Below are positions 27,238-34,441 of a DNA stretch of 64,000 nt, piece by piece. The stretch is from a phage. A program made the translations under genes and the position numbers. The first letter of the stretch is position 1, and each line of letters starts with the position of its first letter. The stretch is from sequence record PZ445428.1; one strand, given 5' to 3'. The notes under the pieces were generated by a model. The model ran no database searches, had not been told where the DNA came from, and was given only the letters and a program-made list of their open reading frames with translations.

Positions 27238-27487
27238 AATTTCAGTGCAGAACACGGAGCTAGCAATTCGGAAGTGCTGACGCGCGATAAGCTGCCTATG
27301 TACTTGCAAAGCGGACGTGTCCTAGACTCGGACTCTTGCACTGAAACCAATTAAACATTCTAGCGTGGTGGAGAGGGGACACCAGCTTGCCGAGGGTAGA
27401 AGCTCGTTCGATTCGAGTGAAAGAATGGTTCTCGTAAATCCGCACAAGTGATAGTAGGTTCAAGTCCTGCCTAGATTGACTTATTAT

Positions 27488-27561
27488 GCGTCCATAGTTA
27501 AAAGGTATAATTTCTGGTTGCCAACCAGATGTTGAGAGTTCGATTCTCTCTGGCCGCACCA
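27488..27561 (+). tRNA. tRNA-Gly (anticodon GCC)
   Basis: Acceptor GCGTCCA/TGGCCGC (one mismatch), anticodon stem TCTGG/CCAGA loop TTGCCAA, T-arm GAGAG-TTCGATT-CTCTC, CCA. Confidence 0.65.
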
Positions 27562-27808
27562 AATTTAGGTTTATGCTTCCTAGAGAACGTACTCCTAAAT
27601 AAACAAGGCGATGAGTTTCCGGCCGGTTCTAGTCGCTGAAAATCCTCCCGACCAGGTAGGTGTAGGTAAACGAAAGTTTACTTATTAAGTAAGTCCGACA
27701 CATCGGCGGGTGTGTTCTAGTATTTAAAGAAGGTCTCGCAAACTTTCTCGCTAGCATGAGTTCATAGCTCGGTGACTTACCTAATAAGTAAATTTATTAA
27801 AAATGTAA

Positions 27809-27837
27809 TTGCTATTTAGCTTAATTCTCTGTATAAT
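27809..27837 (+). promoter_or_regulatory. early promoter cassette (-35 TTGCTA, -10 TATAAT)
   Basis: Hexamers with 17-bp spacer. Confidence 0.6.
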
Positions 27838-27869
27838 ATATTTTATAAAGTGATGAGAAGGAAAGCAAA

Positions 27870-28028
27870 GTGAAATTAAAAATTGCAGATGTACTTATGT
27901 GTACTTGGGTAATTCCAATCATAATTGTTGGTTTTAACGCAGATATACTTTCCACAGCGTGGAAGATTGTAGGGCTAAGTACAGGGTTCACAATGCTAGG
28001 GTTAAGCATGTTGTGGACGAAAAACTAA
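27870..28028 (+). CDS. small hydrophobic protein (52 aa), GTG start
   Basis: Hand-translated ORF after cassette RBS GAAGGAAAG; below track cutoff. Confidence 0.3.
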   Translation: MKLKIADVLMCTWVIPIIIVGFNADILSTAWKIVGLSTGFTMLGLSMLWTKN

Positions 28029-28032
28029 TATT

Positions 28033-28109
28033 CTCCGATTAGCTCAATTGGCTAGAGTACACCGTTTGGGGTGGTGGGGTTGAAGGTTCGAGTCCTTCAT
28101 TGGAGACCA
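28033..28109 (+). tRNA. tRNA-Pro (anticodon TGG)
   Basis: Acceptor CTCCGAT/ATTGGAG, anticodon stem CACCG/TGGTG loop TTTGGGG, T-arm GAAGG-TTCGAGT-CCTTC, CCA. Confidence 0.6.
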
Positions 28110-28124
28110 AATAAGAGGTTAATA

Positions 28125-28277
28125 ATGCGTCATTTAAATAGGCAAAAAACAAAAGCACCTAAAAGGTTTAAGACTTGGTGCGGTTGTGATAGAGAACTCG
28201 TTTCTCTAGGAGAGAAATGTTCTGTTTGTGGTGTACGCTTTGTTAAGTTCAAACAAAGATTTAAATTTGCGAGTTAG
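28125..28277 (+). CDS. small zinc-ribbon protein (50 aa)
   Basis: ORF track 28071..28277 trimmed to ATG after AAGAGG (track 5' part overlaps tRNA-Pro); CGCD...CSVCG. Confidence 0.4.
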   Translation: MRHLNRQKTKAPKRFKTWCGCDRELVSLGEKCSVCGVRFVKFKQRFKFAS

Positions 28278-28345
28278 ATCTCTGGTAGAGATCACTAGTC
28301 TCATAAGCTAGTAAGAGGTCGGTTCGATTCCGACACTCGCATCCA
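28268..28345 (+). tRNA. tRNA with CAT anticodon (Met/fMet/Ile2 class)
   Basis: Acceptor TGCGAGT/ACTCGCA, D-stem GATC/GATC, anticodon stem CTAGT/GCTAG loop CTCATAA, T-loop TTCGATT, CCA. Confidence 0.65.
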
Positions 28346-28356
28346 AAAAGTATTAA

Positions 28357-28434
28357 GGGTTGCTAGCTCAACTGGTTTAGAGCACTGGTCTTTTAAACCA
28401 TAGGTTACAGGTTCGAGTCCTGTGCAACCCACCA
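28357..28434 (+). tRNA. tRNA-Lys (anticodon TTT)
   Basis: Acceptor GGGTTGC/GCAACCC, anticodon loop CTTTTAA, T-arm ACAGG-TTCGAGT-CCTGT, CCA. Confidence 0.7.
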
Positions 28435-28438
28435 AATT

Positions 28439-28512
28439 GCTCGGTTAGTTTAATGGGAGAACCCCGTCTTTACACGGCGGTTGCGATAGTTCGATTCTAT
28501 CACCGAGTACCA
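28439..28512 (+). tRNA. tRNA-Val (anticodon TAC)
   Basis: Acceptor GCTCGGT/ACCGAGT, anticodon stem CCGTC/GGCGG loop TTTACAC, T-arm GATAG-TTCGATT-CTATC, CCA. Confidence 0.65.
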
Positions 28513-28536
28513 CTTAACTAAAATAAGGAATTGCAA

Positions 28537-28896
28537 ATGCAATTATCATCTAAAGTTCAAGGTTTCTTCACACATGCAACAGCAGAATTTGCTATTAGCA
28601 AGGGTTGGGACTTTGAGCAAGAACTTTCTGAGTTCTATAAAGATATAGATATGAATACACCATACATGGCCTTAGCTTCTGGACAAGAGTTCTCAGAAGG
28701 TGATCTTTTCAAGGCAAGTCAAGGCGAGGTAACGCCTGGTTTTGCCGCTTTTTGGAGTGGCTTCACAATTAAAGAAGAAGCTCCAGATGATGATGTATTT
28801 ATGCAAAGCATGCACTCTGGGAGTTCTGATATGTTATTCGTTAAAGATGTACGACATATCCAAGAAGTGGTAAAAACGTATTTGCAAAATGCTTAA
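28537..28896 (+). CDS. hypothetical protein (119 aa)
   Basis: ORF track 28531..28896; start moved to ATG after TAAGGAA. Confidence 0.55.
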   Translation: MQLSSKVQGFFTHATAEFAISKGWDFEQELSEFYKDIDMNTPYMALASGQEFSEGDLFKASQGEVTPGFAAFWSGFTIKEEAPDDDVFMQSMHSGSSDMLFVKDVRHIQEVVKTYLQNA

Positions 28897-28910
28897 TTTC
28901 TTGTTATAAT
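28882..28910 (+). promoter_or_regulatory. early promoter cassette (-35 TTGCAA, -10 TATAAT) driving ORF-free leader plus tRNAs
   Basis: Hexamers with 17-bp spacer; -35 overlaps upstream stop. Confidence 0.55.
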
Positions 28911-29150
28911 ATTTATATAAATTGATGGGGAGAAATCCTCATCAAAGTTCACTAAGGTATTAGCTCGACCTAGGACTGGCTGCCACCAAGCACGATCCCT
29001 ACGACTCGGGAGAAGTTCTAGATTAGTCCACTAGATTCAGCGGCAACTGAATAGTGTATCGGGTTTGTGAAGAGCGGGTATCCAAGCCTGGCTAATGGCA
29101 CTGGGTATTACGCACACCGAGCTAATAGCCTTAGTAAACTTGAAGAATTT

Positions 29151-29225
29151 GGGCGAATAGTGTCAGCGGGAGCACACCAGACTTGCAATCTGGTAGGGAG
29201 GGTTCGAGTCCCTCTTTGTCCACCA
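29151..29225 (+). tRNA. tRNA-Ala (anticodon TGC)
   Basis: Acceptor GGGCGAA/TTTGTCC, anticodon stem CCAGA/TCTGG loop CTTGCAA, T-arm GAGGG-TTCGAGT-CCCTC, CCA. Confidence 0.65.
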
Positions 29226-29231
29226 AATTTT

Positions 29232-29307
29232 GGGGTCATAGGTTATTTGGTTAAACTTACTGCCTTGCAAGCAGTAGAACTCAGTTCAATTCTGAGTGAC
29301 TCCACCA
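29232..29307 (+). tRNA. tRNA with TGC anticodon (second Ala-type)
   Basis: Acceptor GGGGTCA/TGACTCC, anticodon stem ACTGC/GCAGT loop CTTGCAA, T-arm CTCAG-TTCAATT-CTGAG, CCA. Confidence 0.6.
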
Positions 29308-29326
29308 AACAAATTAAGGAAATAAT

Positions 29327-29545
29327 ATGGTATTCTTAGCAGCCTCTGTAGTTCTTGCATCTTTAGCGTTAGCTATCTATTTTAGAACTGCTAAAGATTT
29401 ATCTAAAGAAAAGAAAACTTTCTTTACTGATTACTCTTGGGGTGCTCCATACGCTATCAATTCTATCAGTCTAGAAGCTATGTTGATAATGGTATTCAGT
29501 GGTATAGGTTCTATCGTTGCTGGATTACTTTTTATTTCTAACTAA
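29327..29545 (+). CDS. small membrane protein (72 aa)
   Basis: ORF track; two hydrophobic helices. Confidence 0.45.
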   Translation: MVFLAASVVLASLALAIYFRTAKDLSKEKKTFFTDYSWGAPYAINSISLEAMLIMVFSGIGSIVAGLLFISN

Positions 29546-29552
29546 ACAAAAT

Positions 29553-29633
29553 GGGGATGTGGCGAAATTGGCAGACGCGCTAGATTTAGGTTCTAGTCTT
29601 CGGGTGTGGGTTCGAGTCCCTCCATCCCTACCA
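29553..29633 (+). tRNA. tRNA-Leu (anticodon TAG)
   Basis: Acceptor GGGGATG/CATCCCT, Leu-type D-loop GAAATTGGCAGAC, anticodon stem CTAGA/TCTAG loop TTTAGGT, extended variable region, T-loop TTCGAGT, CCA. Confidence 0.65.
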
Positions 29634-29653
29634 TTTTAAAATAGGATTAATTA

Positions 29654-29818
29654 ATGTTAAAGATGCCAGTAAAACATATTTGGTTAGCTAGAAATAGGGC
29701 TACTAATGAATTTGTCTTTATTGATACAGGAATGACATATGATCAACGAATATATGATCTTCTGTATTCCGTGTCTGCTGAAGAAGTACACAAATTAATT
29801 CTAAAAGATGCAACATAA
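29654..29818 (+). CDS. hypothetical protein (54 aa)
   Basis: Hand-translated ORF between two tRNAs; weak RBS; below track cutoff. Confidence 0.3.
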   Translation: MLKMPVKHIWLARNRATNEFVFIDTGMTYDQRIYDLLYSVSAEEVHKLILKDAT

Positions 29819-29820
29819 TT

Positions 29821-29913
29821 GGAAGAGCAAATCGACTTGGTGACGAAAACCGCTTGGAAAGTGGCTGACTTGTGAAAGCAGGCTTGAGAGTTCGAATCTC
29901 TCTTCTTCCGCCA
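29821..29913 (+). tRNA. tRNA-Ser (anticodon GGA)
   Basis: Acceptor GGAAGAG/TTCTTCC, 3-bp D-stem, anticodon loop TTGGAAA, long variable arm, T-arm GAGAG-TTCGAAT-CTCTC, CCA. Confidence 0.65.
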
Positions 29914-29920
29914 AACAATT

Positions 29921-30010
29921 GGAAGTACGGGCGTAGTGGTATGCAACTAGTCTTGAAAACTAGCCCGCTGTAGCGATATGGTGATGGTTCGACTCCATGT
30001 GCTTCCGCCA
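29921..30010 (+). tRNA. tRNA-Ser (anticodon TGA)
   Basis: Acceptor GGAAGTA/TGCTTCC, anticodon stem CTAGT/ACTAG loop CTTGAAA, long variable arm, T-loop TTCGACT, CCA. Confidence 0.7.
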
Positions 30011-30016
30011 AATCTT

Positions 30017-30145
30017 GGAATATGCCGGAATTGGTAGACGGGACTGCCGAATAGGTTTACTAGGAACATCCACTCCTAGAAATATACCTTAAAAGCGGTT
30101 GAGTTAAATGGTCTAACTCGTGAAGGTTCAAGTCCTTCTATTCCT
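30017..30145 (+). tRNA. oversized tRNA-Leu(TAA)-like gene (~129 nt) with ~40-nt insertion in anticodon arm; possible intron-containing or disrupted tRNA
   Basis: Acceptor GGAATA/TATTCC, Leu-type D-arm CCG-GAATTGGTAGA-CGG, T-arm GAAGG-TTCAAGT-CCTTC, variable hairpin GAGTTA...TAACTC, anticodon stem ACTGC/GCGGT enclosing CTTAAAA loop plus inserted hairpin CTAGGA...TCCTAG; no CCA. Confidence 0.35.
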
Positions 30146-30395
30146 TGATACATCAATGGCTCAAAGAGTAACGGTGCACCTTTCTAGAGAATTTCCTGGG
30201 CGAGAATCCAGGTGTAATCAACTAGTCGTTAGTGTGATGAGTTTCGGAGAGCCGCCACAATTGAAGATCATTGTCTGTTTGAGTCTACCATTTAGGGTCG
30301 TTACTTGTAGCGCCTATCTGCTAGGTCTAATCACTAGGTAAAGGCATGCAAGCTTCTAGTGTAGAGAGTTCGCTACTCCTCGATGGTTTTCAATT

Positions 30396-30472
30396 GTGGC
30401 TATATCATAATTGGTTAATGATCCTGATTGTGAATCAGGCCTATGTGGATTCGAGTTCCACTAGCCACCCCA
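30396..30472 (+). tRNA. tRNA-His (anticodon GTG)
   Basis: Acceptor GTGGCTA/TAGCCAC, anticodon stem CCTGA/TCAGG loop TTGTGAA, T-arm GTGGA-TTCGAGT-TCCAC, CCA. Confidence 0.75.
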
Positions 30473-30478
30473 AATATT

Positions 30479-30553
30479 GCGTCCTTATTTCAACGGAAAG
30501 AATGTAAAGCTACGAACTTTACGATCGGGGTTCGATTCCCTGAGGATGCACCA
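30479..30553 (+). tRNA. tRNA-Arg (anticodon ACG)
   Basis: Acceptor GCGTCCT/AGGATGC, anticodon stem TAAAG/CTTTA loop CTACGAA, T-loop TTCGATT, CCA. Confidence 0.7.
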
Positions 30554-30577
30554 ATTAACTTAAACAGGAAAATAATA

Positions 30578-30778
30578 ATGGCTGATTTCTGTAAAGAATG
30601 CTCTATCGATATGTGGGGCAAAGATACACAAGATCTTTCTGGTCTTATCACTGAAGCTGAAGTTAAAGAAGGCTATGGTGCTGTAGTAATCTGCGAAGGT
30701 TGTGGTATTATCCGTGTTGATCATGAAGGCAAACGCCTTGAAGAACCTGAGCCAATCGCAACGGTTCCTGTAGAGTAA
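30578..30778 (+). CDS. small zinc-ribbon protein (66 aa)
   Basis: ORF track 30443..30778 trimmed to ATG after AGGAAAATAATA (5' part of track ORF overlaps two tRNAs); CKEC...CEGCG. Confidence 0.5.
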   Translation: MADFCKECSIDMWGKDTQDLSGLITEAEVKEGYGAVVICEGCGIIRVDHEGKRLEEPEPIATVPVE

Positions 30779-30786
30779 CAAATTAT

Positions 30787-30862
30787 TGGGATGTAGATCA
30801 ATTGGCAGATCGTCGGCCTCTGACTCCGAAGGTTCCTGGTTCGATCCCAGGCATCCCAGCCA
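30787..30862 (+). tRNA. tRNA-Gln (anticodon CTG)
   Basis: T1-A72 acceptor TGGGATG/CATCCCA (Gln-like), anticodon loop CTCTGAC, T-arm CCTGG-TTCGATC-CCAGG, CCA. Confidence 0.65.
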
Positions 30863-30868
30863 AACAAT

Positions 30869-30944
30869 TGGAGAATAGTGTAGTGGTTCGCACAACGGCC
30901 TTTGACTCCGTTAGTGGTAGGTTCAATTCCTCCTTCTCCTGCCA
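30869..30944 (+). tRNA. tRNA-Gln (anticodon TTG)
   Basis: Acceptor (T)GGAGAA/TTCTCC(T), anticodon loop CTTTGAC, T-loop TTCAATT, CCA. Confidence 0.6.
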
Positions 30945-30950
30945 ATTTAT

Positions 30951-31025
30951 GCGTGATTAGTTCAGTGGCTAGAATAACTGGCTTCCAACCAGTAGACACG
31001 AGTTCGACTCTCGTATCCCGCACCA
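30951..31025 (+). tRNA. tRNA-Gly (anticodon TCC)
   Basis: Acceptor GCGTGAT/ATCCCGC, anticodon stem ACTGG/CCAGT loop CTTCCAA, T-arm ACGAG-TTCGACT-CTCGT, CCA. Confidence 0.7.
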
Positions 31026-31039
31026 AATAAGGAAACGTT

Positions 31040-31261
31040 ATGCACGTTTTTGAGTTTCGTAATAAAAGCCCCAATAGACGCGTTTTGATTATTGGTGAAA
31101 CATATCGAGCTTACGAGCAAGAAGATGGTTCAGTTTTACTAAACGATGAAAAGCAAGGTTATAGCTTTCATCCAGAAGAAACGTATGAAGAGTTTCGTAC
31201 TAAGTTTCTTTTACCAGACTGGCTAGCAGTAGCCGAGCAACGAGAATCCGAAGATGGCTGA
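31040..31261 (+). CDS. hypothetical protein (73 aa)
   Basis: ORF track; AAGGAAA RBS. Confidence 0.5.
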   Translation: MHVFEFRNKSPNRRVLIIGETYRAYEQEDGSVLLNDEKQGYSFHPEETYEEFRTKFLLPDWLAVAEQRESEDG

Positions 31262-31427
31262 TAACCTGAAACTAAAGGTTGACAAACAGAAGAAACGTGT
31301 AGAGATTGAGCTTGGTGACGAACGCCTAGCACTATCCTTCGAGTTTCTTCAGCAGTTGGCGATGACAGTAATGTCTGATAAGTCTCCTGTATTTGAAAAA
31401 GAAATCCCGTTGAAATGACGGGTTTAT

Positions 31428-31502
31428 TGCTCCTAAAGCATTGCTGGCGATGCAGTTGCCTTGTAAGCATCTGAACCGGGTTCGATTCCTGGTGGGAGCA
31501 CC
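31428..31502 (+). tRNA. tRNA-Thr (anticodon TGT)
   Basis: Acceptor GCTCCTA/TGGGAGC, D-stem GCAT/ATGC, anticodon loop CTTGTAA, T-arm CCGGG-TTCGATT-CCTGG, CCA. Confidence 0.65.
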
Positions 31503-31517
31503 AAATTTAAAAATTCA

Positions 31518-31546
31518 TTTGCCTTCTCTCTTATTTCTTGTTATAA
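31518..31546 (+). promoter_or_regulatory. early promoter cassette (-35 TTGCCT, -10 TATAAT)
   Basis: Hexamers with 17-bp spacer. Confidence 0.55.
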
Positions 31547-31577
31547 TATTTATATAAATTAATGAGAGGGAAACCAA

Positions 31578-31871
31578 ATGAAACGTTATCTTTCTGTCGT
31601 GTTCCAAACTGGTGGTCAGCGTTATACCTACGAATTTCCAGAGTCTTGGAAAATCAAAGAAGGTGATCAGGTTGTTGTACTGACACCGCGTGAAGGCTTC
31701 AAAGTGGTTACGGTTAAACAAGTATTTCCTAAAGATCACGAACCATCTAAATCTATTAATTATAAGATGATTCATGGTCTGGTACGAAAAGTACCACGGA
31801 CGGAAGTTGAAGTAGATAAAGATGGTGAAGCTAAATACCAGTATACTTCTTACCTAGACGAGATGCGATAA
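31578..31871 (+). CDS. hypothetical protein (97 aa)
   Basis: ORF track; cassette RBS GAGAGGGAA. Confidence 0.55.
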   Translation: MKRYLSVVFQTGGQRYTYEFPESWKIKEGDQVVVLTPREGFKVVTVKQVFPKDHEPSKSINYKMIHGLVRKVPRTEVEVDKDGEAKYQYTSYLDEMR

Positions 31872-32095
31872 TGAGAATTACCTTTACTGAGAAGATAATA
31901 TGTAATGGGATTATGATCATTACAGCGTGGGAAGGTAAACAATGGTGCAGTATAACGGGTCTTAAAGCAGAAGATCAAACACCAGAAAACATTCTCAAAA
32001 TAAAACAAAACATGGCAAAACATGCTAAACGTCCTGGTGCTCCTAGGAATGGCATACGTTTTGCAGCAAAATGCTCCGATAGTTCAAACGGTTAG
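31871..32095 (+). CDS. hypothetical protein (74 aa)
   Basis: ORF track; 3' end overlaps tRNA-Ile by about 20 nt, so the call is uncertain. Confidence 0.35.
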   Translation: MRITFTEKIICNGIMIITAWEGKQWCSITGLKAEDQTPENILKIKQNMAKHAKRPGAPRNGIRFAAKCSDSSNG

Positions 32096-32148
32096 AACAG
32101 GCGACCGATAATCGTCAAATCTTGGTTCGATCCCAAGTTGGAGTACCA
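32073..32148 (+). tRNA. tRNA-Ile (anticodon GAT)
   Basis: Acceptor GCTCCGA/TTGGAGT, anticodon stem GGCGA/TCGTC loop CCGATAA, T-arm CTTGG-TTCGATC-CCAAG, CCA. Confidence 0.65.
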
Positions 32149-32192
32149 AAACAACGGAGAGTCACTACCGTAAGTGTGAAGTTGAAAAATAT

Positions 32193-32268
32193 AGTTAGTT
32201 GGCAGATCGGTTATGCACCTCCTTCATACGGAGCGATCAGAGTGGTTCGATTCCACTACTAACTACCA
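32193..32268 (+). tRNA. tRNA with CAT anticodon (Met/fMet/Ile2 class)
   Basis: Acceptor AGTTAGT/ACTAACT, anticodon loop TTCATAC, T-arm AGTGG-TTCGATT-CCACT, CCA. Confidence 0.6.
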
Positions 32269-32637
32269 AACAGAAGATCAGGCCATAGTGCCAGATCCTG
32301 CTGAGAAGAGAGTCCACATTCTATAAATGGACGGGCGTGACAGCAGGAAGTAGACTGCAACTCGATGCTATCTAAGAGTATAAATGTAGAAGCTAAGACT
32401 TTAGATAGTCATTGTCTTAGCGTGAGTAATCACGTAGTTGCAACAGACCAGGAAGATCGCAACGTTAAAATCAAAGCTCCTGTGCTTTTCTTCTTAATCG
32501 AGACCATCAATCTCACCGGAATGCTAGCACCCCAACAGTAGCTAGTGATTAAGAGAAAAGCAAACCTGCCTTCCAGTTTTTATCTTGCTTCTGGGTTATC
32601 AAAAAGCTGAGCCAATTTCTAACATCAGGGAGATCTA

Positions 32638-33006
32638 ATGAAAGCATATCAAAGTCTTAAATCCGGCGTAATTAACCTTGTTCATGACAATCAGATCATT
32701 CAGCTATACTCTAAAGACGGCGAACTTAAACAGAAAGTTCTAGTTGAAGATCTAGAAGGTATCACACCTCACTTTGATCCTGAAGCCTTCCGCATCGTGG
32801 ATGTTAAAGTAGTTCCTCAAGTCGAGGGTGGTCAACACCTAAATGTCAACGTATTAAGTCGTGATCAGCTTTTGGATGCTCAGAAACATCCTGAAAAATA
32901 TCCTCAGTTGACCATTCGTGTCTCTGGTTATGCTGTTCGATTTAATGCACTGACGCGTGAACAACAGAACGACGTTATTAGTCGTACATTTACTCAGGCG
33001 ATCTAA
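32638..33006 (+). CDS. grcA: autonomous glycyl-radical cofactor (GrcA/YfiD-like)
   Basis: 122-aa ORF ending [11 protein letters not shown]...[36 protein letters not shown], nearly collinear with E. coli YfiD glycyl-radical domain (RVSGY motif). Confidence 0.8.
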   Translation: MKAYQSLKSGVINLVHDNQIIQLYSKDGELKQKVLVEDLEGITPHFDPEAFRIVDVKVVPQVEGGQHLNVNVLSRDQLLDAQKHPEKYPQLTIRVSGYAVRFNALTREQQNDVISRTFTQAI

Positions 33007-33087
33007 TGGGGTTTGGATACGATTTCTCCCAGCTACGCAAGGTAGTCGAGCAAACTCCATTTATCTCCGAAGTTTTAGGAGAACTTA

Positions 33088-33387
33088 GTGGACAGAGCAT
33101 TAAGACGTCACCACCGTCAACGTGTCAAGAACAATCGCAAGAAGTATTGGACAGTCTTCCCTCATGAAGAAAGTCCTAAACGGTTAGGTATTATTACTAC
33201 CACTCCTTGTATTTGCTCTTGCTGGATGTGTGGCAACCCACGCAAATACTATAAAAATAGTAAAGCAGCAATGAAAATCTCGGAGATTAAAAAGATGGAT
33301 TCAGGATATAATGAAATCACGTTTACAGGTGGTATCTCTGATGAGTTCGATGGTTTTGTATCACAAGACGTTATCGAAATTATCTAA
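33088..33387 (+). CDS. hypothetical basic Cys-rich protein (99 aa), GTG start
   Basis: ORF track; AGGAG RBS. Confidence 0.45.
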   Translation: MDRALRRHHRQRVKNNRKKYWTVFPHEESPKRLGIITTTPCICSCWMCGNPRKYYKNSKAAMKISEIKKMDSGYNEITFTGGISDEFDGFVSQDVIEII

Positions 33388-33396
33388 TTAAATAAC

Positions 33397-33432
33397 AAAC
33401 CCCGGCTATTGAATAAGTAGTTGGGGTTTTCT
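33397..33432 (+). terminator. rho-independent terminator
   Basis: AAACCCCGGCTA...TAGTTGGGGTTT hairpin followed by TTCTTAT. Confidence 0.5.
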
Positions 33433-33453
33433 TATATACACAGGATTTTCAAA

Positions 33454-33639
33454 ATGAAAATTTTTAAAGTGAACTACCGTGGACTATGGTTAGGTGGTAC
33501 AGCTATTGTTGTTGCGGAAACTGCGGAAAAAGCAATCGAACTGGCTAGAAACCATAGATCTTCTATAGAGTTTGAAGGTGTGACAGTAGAAGAACTCCCT
33601 AGCAGTGGGGTAGTATACAACGATAACGGGAATTACTGA
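33454..33639 (+). CDS. hypothetical protein (61 aa)
   Basis: ORF track 33421..33639 trimmed to ATG downstream of terminator. Confidence 0.45.
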   Translation: MKIFKVNYRGLWLGGTAIVVAETAEKAIELARNHRSSIEFEGVTVEELPSSGVVYNDNGNY

Positions 33640-33696
33640 TGTTATATTTTAAAGTTCGACCACATTAAGTTAATTCACAGACTTAATGGAGAAAAT

Positions 33697-34092
33697 ATGA
33701 GCCGTACTTATCGCAAACAATCTGGAAATCATTACTGGCGTGACAAACATCGTTGCACTTATAACTTCCACAGCACTAATGTGCGTATTCCCTATGTTTA
33801 CACAGATCGTGAAGGTAAACAGTGGAAATACTACAAAGTTCGCTCTAATGAAGCATGGGCTATGTCTTGGGATGAAGTTGATGCAGAAATTCAGGAAGGC
33901 ATCCTGAATAACGAAAAGAAAGATGGTCACTGGTGGGATTCTATCAACCAGAGTGTTAAATGGCACTCTAACAAAATGGTTCGACAGGGAAATCGCCGTG
34001 AGTTACATCGTGTAATGAAAGATCCAGAAAATTACGACTACAATCGAGATCACGACCTTCGTAAGAAAGGCATCTGGTGGATCTACGACTAA
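33697..34092 (+). CDS. hypothetical Trp/His-rich protein (131 aa)
   Basis: ORF track. Confidence 0.55.
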   Translation: MSRTYRKQSGNHYWRDKHRCTYNFHSTNVRIPYVYTDREGKQWKYYKVRSNEAWAMSWDEVDAEIQEGILNNEKKDGHWWDSINQSVKWHSNKMVRQGNRRELHRVMKDPENYDYNRDHDLRKKGIWWIYD

Positions 34093-34109
34093 TTTCGTAA
34101 ATAATTCAT

Positions 34110-34138
34110 TTGCTAAAACCCTCTCCTTTTGATATAAT
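34110..34138 (+). promoter_or_regulatory. early promoter cassette (-35 TTGCTA, -10 TATAAT)
   Basis: Hexamers with 17-bp spacer. Confidence 0.6.
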
Positions 34139-34168
34139 ATTTATATAAATTGATGAGAGGGCTTTGAA

Positions 34169-34441
34169 ATGAAAGAAGCAGAAATTAATGAAATGGCTAG
34201 GGTTTTCGTAGTTTCCTATATGCAAGGTAGCTGCAATAGTCTTTTCGATTCAGCAGTAGTATTTCAGGAAGAATTAGCTGAGAAAGGTATACATATGGAA
34301 GATACTGAAATTGAGGATCTTCTGATGGAAGCTGCAAGTAGTGCAGAAGTATTCTTGTGTGATAATTGTGGTTGGTGGTGTCCTGAGCATGACCGTTCTG
34401 AAGAAGGCTCTTACTGTTCTGACTGTGAGGGAGAAGAATAA
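34169..34441 (+). CDS. hypothetical acidic Cys-cluster protein (90 aa)
   Basis: ORF track; CDNCGWWCPEH...CSDCEG. Confidence 0.5.
   Translation: MKEAEINEMARVFVVSYMQGSCNSLFDSAVVFQEELAEKGIHMEDTEIEDLLMEAASSAEVFLCDNCGWWCPEHDRSEEGSYCSDCEGEE

Noticed and set aside
31254-31412. 52-aa ORF overlapping the end of 31040..31261
   Set aside because: Found only by hand translation, below the track cutoff, weak RBS; too uncertain to list as a feature.
26530-31470. Minus-strand ORFs overlapping tRNA genes (26530..26805, 27168..27350, 27296..27562, 29718..30011, 29743..29946, 30560..30895, 30721..31074, 31168..31470) and plus-strand ORFs 29067..29339, 30120..30341
   Set aside because: They are read through tRNA sequences or their antisense, lack RBSs and are explained by stable-RNA genes.
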